Assembly: GCF_009914755.1 (NCBI RefSeq)
Contig: NC_060929.1
Direction: 5' to 3' (one strand)
Origin: the human T2T-CHM13v2.0 reference genome, Homo sapiens
Length of the DNA stretch: 64,000 nt
This document shows, piece by piece, positions 57,180-64,000 of the stretch; the first letter of the stretch is position 1; the number at the start of each line of letters is the position of its first letter. The notes beneath the pieces were generated by a model that searched no databases, was not told the DNA's origin, and saw nothing but the letters and a program-made list of their open reading frames with translations. Made by a program: the position numbers and the translations under genes.

Positions 57180-57560
57180 ATCCCACACAATTTAATGGGA
57201 ACCTACTTTGTGCCAGGCACCAGGCCACGGGTTGTGGATGCAAAAACAAACAAGAAGCAATTACTGCCCTCCTAGAGCTCATGGTGGTTGATGGGGAAAT
57301 TTATTCCTTTATTCATTCATTCACTAAAATGTACACTGAGCACCTACTGTGTGCTACGCCCTGGGGAGTGCTAAGTTCTTAGGTAGACAGCGATGAAGAC
57401 AAGTATAGGATTCTGGGGATTCTGCCATCCTTAGAATGCCACCGTGTAGAGTCATGGTTTATAGGGGACACAGACATTAATCAAACCACTTGGCAAGCAG
57501 AGAATTATAAGCCATGATAAAGAGAATCACAGGATGCTTTGAGCACCTATAGAAAGGCCA
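57180..57560 (-). mobile_element. L2 3' end fragments (two adjacent)
   Basis: acctactttgtgccaggcac...ctgccctcctagagctcatggt; ttcattcattcactaaaatgtacactgagcacctactgtgtgc. Confidence 0.75.
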
Positions 57561-58049
57561 GGAGACAGGAAGCCCGGCTGAATGGGAAGGACCATGGGAG
57601 GTGCAGGAGCCAGGCATATACCTGGTAGAACTTGGCTTGGTGCTTATCTTCCTCCTGAAACATGACCCTAGACCCTTGAGAACGTCCCTTCCTGTGCCCT
57701 ATCCCTCATTCCCCACACCGAGAAAATCTGCCAGCCCCTCTGCATGGCCCCTCCCTCTCTGAGGATACCCGGGCATCTCTCCTTGCTTCCTGTTGATTGG
57801 TGGCAGGAGGTTCTAGTGCCCCGCATGGTCACTGACTGAAGTTTTCAGGCCAGCTAAGGGGTGGGGCTTCAGGCTTGTGCGGCCGCTGAGTCCCAGCCTT
57901 CTGTGTTCCATGGACCATGGGAGGAGGAGCTGGGATTGGGGCATTTAATGAAAGAACTCCTAGGAGAGGAGTGATGAGGTTTGGCACATTGACATTCACA
58001 CACCCCACCCACCCCCAGCCTCCACTCCACTGGTTCTCTGGCCTTCTCA

Positions 58050-58342
58050 TTTTTTTTTTTTTTGTTTTTTTTTTTTTTTTGGAGACAGAGTCTCTCTCCA
58101 TCACCCAGGCTGGAGTGCAATGGCACAATCTCGGCTCACTGAAAGCTCTGCCTTCCGGGTTCATGCCATTCTCCTGCCTCAGCCTCCCGAGTAGCTGGGA
58201 CTACAAGCGCCCACCAGCACACCCGGCTAATTTTTTGTATTTTTAGTAGAGACAGGGTTTCACCGCGTTAGCCAGTATGGTCTCGATCTCCTGACCTCGT
58301 GATCCGCCTGCCTCGGCCTCCTAAATTGCTGGGATTACAGGC
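58050..58342 (-). mobile_element. Alu (AluY/Sc-like), slightly 5'-truncated, with TSD
   Basis: ccgggttcatgccattctcc...gtctcgatctcctgacctcgtgatcc; ctggccttctcattttt on both sides. Confidence 0.95.
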
Positions 58343-59789
58343 TGGCCTTCTCATTTTTAAGGCCTGGCTAGGATAAGTTCCCCACCCCTGTCCCTCAGAA
58401 GAATGGCAGGGCCTGGGCAGCAGAGCCCTGGGCCTGGGACCCATCCAACAAAATGGCTATTCCAGACGCCTGGTCCTGCCTGGCTTTGACTTCTCATCCA
58501 CTCTACACTGTGACATGGATCTGGGTGGGGCAGGCTGCTCTGCTTCCAGGTAAGGACTGTGCCACCCACGCAGCCAAAGACCACCTTGGGAATACCAGTA
58601 CCTGGGCAAGAGATAGCCCCTGCAAGGCCCACCCACCATAGGCTGGCTCAGAGAAGGCTGAGGATCCCTGTGTTCTCCCTGAACAGGGGTACAGGGCCCC
58701 TCAGCAGGGCCAGCTCCTCACCAGGGTGCCAACCCATGGCTGGTGGCTGGGAGGAGGGTGCTATGCAATGCTGGGAGCTTGACCCAGGCCTCAGCCTTAA
58801 GGAGCAAATGTGTCCAGGGCCACCAACTGGCCTAAGTCCTTGGGCATAGCCTCTGTCTCATGCCTCTTGATCTCACCAGGGGGGATCTCCAGGGTGGCCC
58901 ACCTGGGAATGCCTGTCCCTCAGCTGGCACACAAGTACCCATGGCAGTGCCGCAGGTTATCCAGCAGCAGCCACAACAGATAAGGCAGCCTGCCACCTCA
59001 GGCAGCCGTGGTCTCTGTTTTGCTTCCTTTTCTCTTTAGGATGAGACTGATGAGGGTGGGGTGGGGATTAACCCTTGAGTTGCTATACGTAGTTTGGCCC
59101 AAGCCTAGGACTTTGGGAAGTGCTTTATATCACTGCTTTCTTCCTGTGGCCCTGGCCTTTGTAGATGTGGGTCTCTCGGCCTCCCCTTCTGCCAGAAGCC
59201 TTCCCTTCTGCCAGACACTCCATATTCAGGGTGGCCACAACACTGGTCTGGTTGGTGCTGAGACCCCAGCACAGAAAAAGGGGCCTCCTCTGCTCCTGGT
59301 GTCATTGCCCATGAGCCATTTCTGTGGAGAGAAAAGTTTGAGAATCCTCTTTGGAAAGCCTGAAGTGTGGCACCGAGCAAAGGTATGATCCTTGTTCTCA
59401 CCTTCCTGGCCCTGCATTCATCCCATTCCATCCCTGCTCTCTAGTTACAGGAACACCCTATGGCCTCCAGGCCAGTGCATTTGGTCCCTGGTTGGCAGGG
59501 CTGCCTGCCTGCCTGAGTTTCCCACATGGGAAGATGCAGCAAGACCTCCCCAAGCTTTTGGAAGAGGCAAGGACAGCAGCTGGGCCATCTGGCACTCTGG
59601 GCAGGGGGTGGGGTCCAGAAAGGGGTGGCAGACCCTGCTCAGAACCCAGTGGCTACCTTTCTCGTCTCATTTGAGCTCACTGAGCTCCTCTCTAAGGTAC
59701 TGTAAATGTTAAACAAATTCAGACTCTGTTAGGTTGGACAACATTAAAGTATCCTGGATAGATGCTTGAAACGCAGCAAGGGACAGATA

Positions 59790-60030
59790 ATAAGAGTAAT
59801 ACTACCATTTACTGTTCACTGTGTACATGCATGAATTTTATTATATAATCCTTTAAAATTAATTCGTTATTTAATCCCATTTAATTGTTTAATCCTTACA
59901 ACTCTCTAAAAGATATGTGCTGTTGTTATCCCCATTTTATAGCTTATGAAATGAGGCTCAGAAAAATGGAGTCACTTGCCCAAGGTCACACAATACAGCT
60001 AGTTAGGATTAAAATTGAGGCCGGTCTGCT
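59790..60030 (-). mobile_element. MIR
   Basis: tttaatccttacaactct...tatccccattttatagcttatgaaatgaggctcaga..gtcacttgcccaaggtcaca. Confidence 0.8.
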
Positions 60031-62711
60031 TCTAGGGTTCATACCCTCCATCCCCGCTGCATACCACACTCCTAAGCCCCTGAGCTGGGAGAGGGAGGGG
60101 CATTGGAGGAAAAGGGTGGGTGCCATGCTGGTCTCTGCCCTCACCCAAATTCCTTCTGTCTTCACACAAATATCTGCCAGGCCTTGGGGATGATGACCTG
60201 AGGGTGGGGCAGTAAGGCCTCCAGATGTCAGGGCAAAGTGGTGGCCACTCTCCTGCTGTCAGGTTCCATGTTTCTGATGGCTAATAACCCCAGACACCTG
60301 GGTTATCGGTCTCTGCTCCCCACCTTGGGCCTAGGTAGTGATTCCAGGGATGTGGACCCCTGGAACCTGGCAGGCAGCCAGCATAAGACCAAGGACAGAC
60401 CCATAAAACCAGAGGTGCCCTCTGAGTCCAAAACCAAACACAACCACGTGCACAGCCGCTCATTTGTTCCAGGAGTTTCCCCTACACACCACGGACATAA
60501 ATCCCAGAGTACCCCATGGCTTCCGCATTGTGGAGAGGTGTGGCCCTAGGGAGGGAGTGGGGTGGGGACAAGGGATATGGAATGGTTGCAAATAGAAAGC
60601 CAAGCCAGACTCCAGAGCTGCCCTCCAGCCTCCGGAGGCAACCACAGACCTTCAGGAAAGAATAGAGCCCCTTGTTGAGTGTGGACAGGGGGAGGGAAGG
60701 GGCTTGTTATGTCCTTATAGCCACTCTAAGAAGGTGCTGTTATTGTCTGTTTTCCAGAAAAGGAAACTTGGGTCAAGGGTTCTTAGCTGGCAAGTGGCCC
60801 CACACTTAACTCATCTCCTGTACCACCTCCCTCAGCCCTCATCAGGTTATGACAAGGGGGGGTGAGCTTGGGTAGAAGGGGAAGGAGGCCTAAAATCCAG
60901 GACTTAGAGAGGAGAGAGGCAGTCTCAAGTGTGGGAAAAGCACTTGCTAACAGGAAGTCTCCCCACTCCACCCGCAGGTAAACAGTGTAACCACCACTCA
61001 TTGGTCCATTCAATGTGAGCATCTGCCCCATGCAGGTCTTATGAATCAAGGCTCAGAGATGACACCATCCCTATCCATAGGCAGCTGAAGTGATGAGAGG
61101 GGACAGACACTTTGCAACACAAGTACTCTGGAGACAGCATAATGCGTGCCAGATCCAGGAGCACAGGGAACTTGGAGAGTGCAGCGGAGGGGCAGCCAAT
61201 GCAGCTTGAGTCGTGGAGGGGTCAGCAAGGCTCCCTGGAGGGGTCTGAAAGACAGAATAGAAATAAGTGAGGCAAGAGGGATGACGGGTGTAGGGGAGGG
61301 CTTTCAGGCAGAGGGGACAAATGAGCAAGGCCCCGGGGGGCCTAAGGCATGTGAGGGCTGCTAAGAAAGGTGGGTGCGGTAGGCAGAGGCAAGAGGGGAG
61401 TCCTGTGGGTGGGCTGGCCAGAAATCACAGGCCCTTAAGGCAGGAGGAACCTGGCACAGCCAGACCCTCGGACAATCTCCCTAGGCCAGCACAACCACAT
61501 CGCTGCGAACTGGACCGGGAACATTCCAACCTAATCGCAGCTCAGATCAGCGAGCTCCGGAGGCTCCACACATTGGGGCCGAACTCCACCCAGGGTGCCT
61601 GCCACTTTTGGGTAGGGGGGCGGGTGGGGGGCAGCCTGCTCTCTCACCAGGCCAGGCAGCAGCGGGGACTTCCAGATCCTCAAGGATTCTCCAGACCGTT
61701 GTCTGGAGACCCAGAGTTTTTTCCTCTCCAGCTTCTGGGGCAACTTGGTGGGGCAGAGGGGTGGCCCCACCTGTGGGAGGGACTGAAAAGATCCTGCCTC
61801 AGGACCAGGACTTTGGTGATCCCAGTTCTCAAGGACCCCCTGCTCAGGCTGCTATTATCCAAAAGGGCCGAGGGTCAGGATTTCAGCCCCAGCCCGGGCC
61901 CAAGCCTGCACTGTTGCCTCTACCAGGTCCAGCCCTGTCCTGCGCCCCACAGAGCGGAAGGACACAGGCCAGGATATGGGCACAACAGCCCCCAGTCCGG
62001 AAGTGAGTGGTCAGGTGGCCAATGGGACCGCAGACTCTGTTGTCGTGTAATAGTTTTTATTTATTAAGCTTCTTTTATTTAATAAAACTTTTATTAAAGC
62101 TTCTATTCTTCTATTACGCAAACAGAGAGCAGCTCTTTTCCTAAGGGAGTGGCAGGGCATGGGGACAGATGTCTTAAATATACTACCCAATGTCACCAAT
62201 TTCAACTTGACAATGAAAAGACAGAGAGCGGAAGGAAGCCCCTTCCTCTTTATGCACTGGAGCGCTTCCTCCATCTCCTCACCCCTCCCCCAGCCCCCTC
62301 CCTCCTCCTCTCTCTCTCTCCTTGGCATAAGAAAGCAGGTCTCTGGCATTGGCAAAGAGAAAAGTTAAAGGCAGAGAAGCAGTGAGAGGAAGGGAGGAGA
62401 AATCAGGCAGCCTGTAGCTAAAGGGTCCCCATCCCACCTTGCAGGCTAGCCAGGACACCTTGCATTCTGGTAAGGTGGGGGTGGGGTGCCGGGGATGAGG
62501 TAGGAGATGGTGACTCTCCCTTGCAGGACATCTGATCTTCTTGCATCAGGCCCAAGGACCTGGTGTCATCATTAGTGGGACCAGGCAGGGAGGAAGGTTC
62601 CCCAGCGGACCTAGCTGACCGTCCCCTGGAGGCCAGCCAAAGTGTGCGTGGCCACGGCTCAGAATTTGCATCAGTAACAGCACCAGCAGCCCCTGCAGCG
62701 GCAAGGGAGAT

Positions 62712-62852
62712 CATTTATCCAGTGCTTGCTATGTGTCCGGCCCTGTGCTTAAGTATTTTTCATTCATTATCTTTTTTAATCCAACCAAACCTCAGGAGAG
62801 TTTATTAATTCCATTTAACAAATGAGGCAACTGAGGCTCAGAGAATTTAAGA
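62712..62852 (-). mobile_element. MIR fragment
   Basis: gtgcttgctatgtgtccggccctgtgct...ccatttaacaaatgaggcaactgaggctcagaga. Confidence 0.75.
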
Positions 62853-63639
62853 GGCCTCTAATTAGGGCAGTCCTTTTTGCACTCTGCAACCCATCTGACC
62901 TCTTCCTTCTCAAGCCCTGGTCTGCAGCCCATCCTTCCAGAGCTGGAGAGGAGGCAGGACAGGCTCAGGAAGGTTCTACTTTTTCCCTACTCTCACAGCC
63001 CCCTACTTCCACCTGTCCCATAGCTGTTTAATTCCATTGTCTCAAAAATGAGGGCTGCTTGGGTTTTCGTGGGGAGGGAGCAGACAGCAGGGCCAGTGCA
63101 CCCTGGCACGTGGGAAGGGGCCTGAGCCCAGCTTGGCATACTGACCTGGCACGGCCTGGCTAGCATCGTCGTCCCACACGTCAGAGTAGCCATGGTCGCT
63201 TTTGTTAGCTGGGATTACTGCATTCAGGAGGGAGGAGGAGAGAAAGGAGGGGTCCCAGGCTGAGGTGGGAAAGGGAGGGGGCGCCACAAACTCCTAGGGG
63301 TGAGAGTGAGCAGAGATTTGTGGCTCAGGCTGGCAAGAAAGACTTGCCAGGGCTCCGTTAGTGGCCTCAGCCCAACTCCAAGCCCCTGGGACTCAGTTAC
63401 TCCCTGCCCCGAGTGGCTTTCTCTTCCTCCCCACTCCTGCTTGCTCTGCCTCCATCATGGCTGGGGCAACTGGGACCAGCGGGAGCCCTGCCTGACTCCC
63501 ACATTTAGAAAAAGAGGATGTGTACTCCACCCTCAGCCCCAGAAAGATTTACACCCATCTGTTGAATCCATGAAAATATGACTGAACAGGAGCCCAGCTT
63601 CTTCCCAGGCAGCCACTGATCTCTTCCCTCCCTCACCTC

Positions 63640-63765
63640 CTAGGAGCACAGGCTTTGCAGTCAAAGAAACTTGGCTTCAAATCCCGACTCCTCTGCTTTT
63701 TAACTGTGGGACCCTAAGCAAGTTAGTTCACCTCTCTGGGTCTCAGGTTCCTTATCTCCAAACTG
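63640..63765 (+). mobile_element. MIR 5' part
   Basis: gagcacaggctttgcagtcaaa..ttcaaatccc..ctgtgggaccctaagcaagttagttcacctctctgggtctcag. Confidence 0.8.
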
Positions 63766-63823
63766 GCAGAATCCTGTGACAAAGGAGCTATAAAAGATAA
63801 AGGCCTATATAAAAGAATATATA

Positions 63824-64000
63824 GACCGGGCACGGTAGCTCCCGCCTGTAATCCCAGCAGTTTGGGAGGCTGAGGCGGGTGGATAACCTGAGGTTGGGAG
63901 TTCGAGACCAGCCTGACCAACGTGGAGAAACCCCGTCTGTACTAAAAATACAAAATTAGCTGGGCGTGGTGGCACATGCCTGTAATTAGCTGGGCGTGGT
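63824..64000 (+). mobile_element. Alu, runs off the window end
   Basis: gaccgggcacggtagctcccgcctgtaatcccagc...ctgaccaacgtggagaaacccc. Confidence 0.95.

Noticed and set aside
61321-62067. 248-aa ATG-initiated ORF
   Set aside because: No recognisable domain or promoter; this length is attainable by chance in GC-rich DNA. A PhyloCSF check would settle it.

Overview
This is mammalian genomic DNA, with primate Alus. It is recognisable as the human PURA locus (5q31) because it encodes the intronless 322-aa Pur-alpha CDS at 23278-24246 (+). The first ~13 kb is dense in Alu, L1, L2, MIR and LTR remnants. A CpG island at ~16.4-18.3 kb is the distal PURA promoter, head-to-head with a spliced minus-strand lncRNA (MALINC1/LINC01024 from recall, supported here by splice sites and a poly(A) signal). 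A second CpG island covers the proximal promoters and the CDS. A ~13.6 kb AT-rich, Alu/L1-free 3' region follows, with several poly(A) signals. It ends just after the 53-aa IGIP ORF (37572-37733, below the ORF-track cutoff). The remaining 38-64 kb is intergenic, increasingly GC-rich and repeat-containing, with an orphan CpG island and CTCF motif at ~55 kb. Most tracked ORFs are spurious. The best leads are: (i) three upstream splice donors all join the PURA acceptor in phase 0 with open frames, predicting N-terminally extended Pur-alpha; (ii) PURA and IGIP look like one transcription unit with alternative polyadenylation and possible 3'UTR splicing; (iii) an ancient 5S-derived AmnSINE1-like element sits just before a strong splice acceptor; (iv) Pur-type (GGN)n, CGG and G-quadruplex elements lie in PURA's own transcript. 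All are hypotheses from reading the sequence. No database search was run and repeat family names come from recalled consensus sequences.
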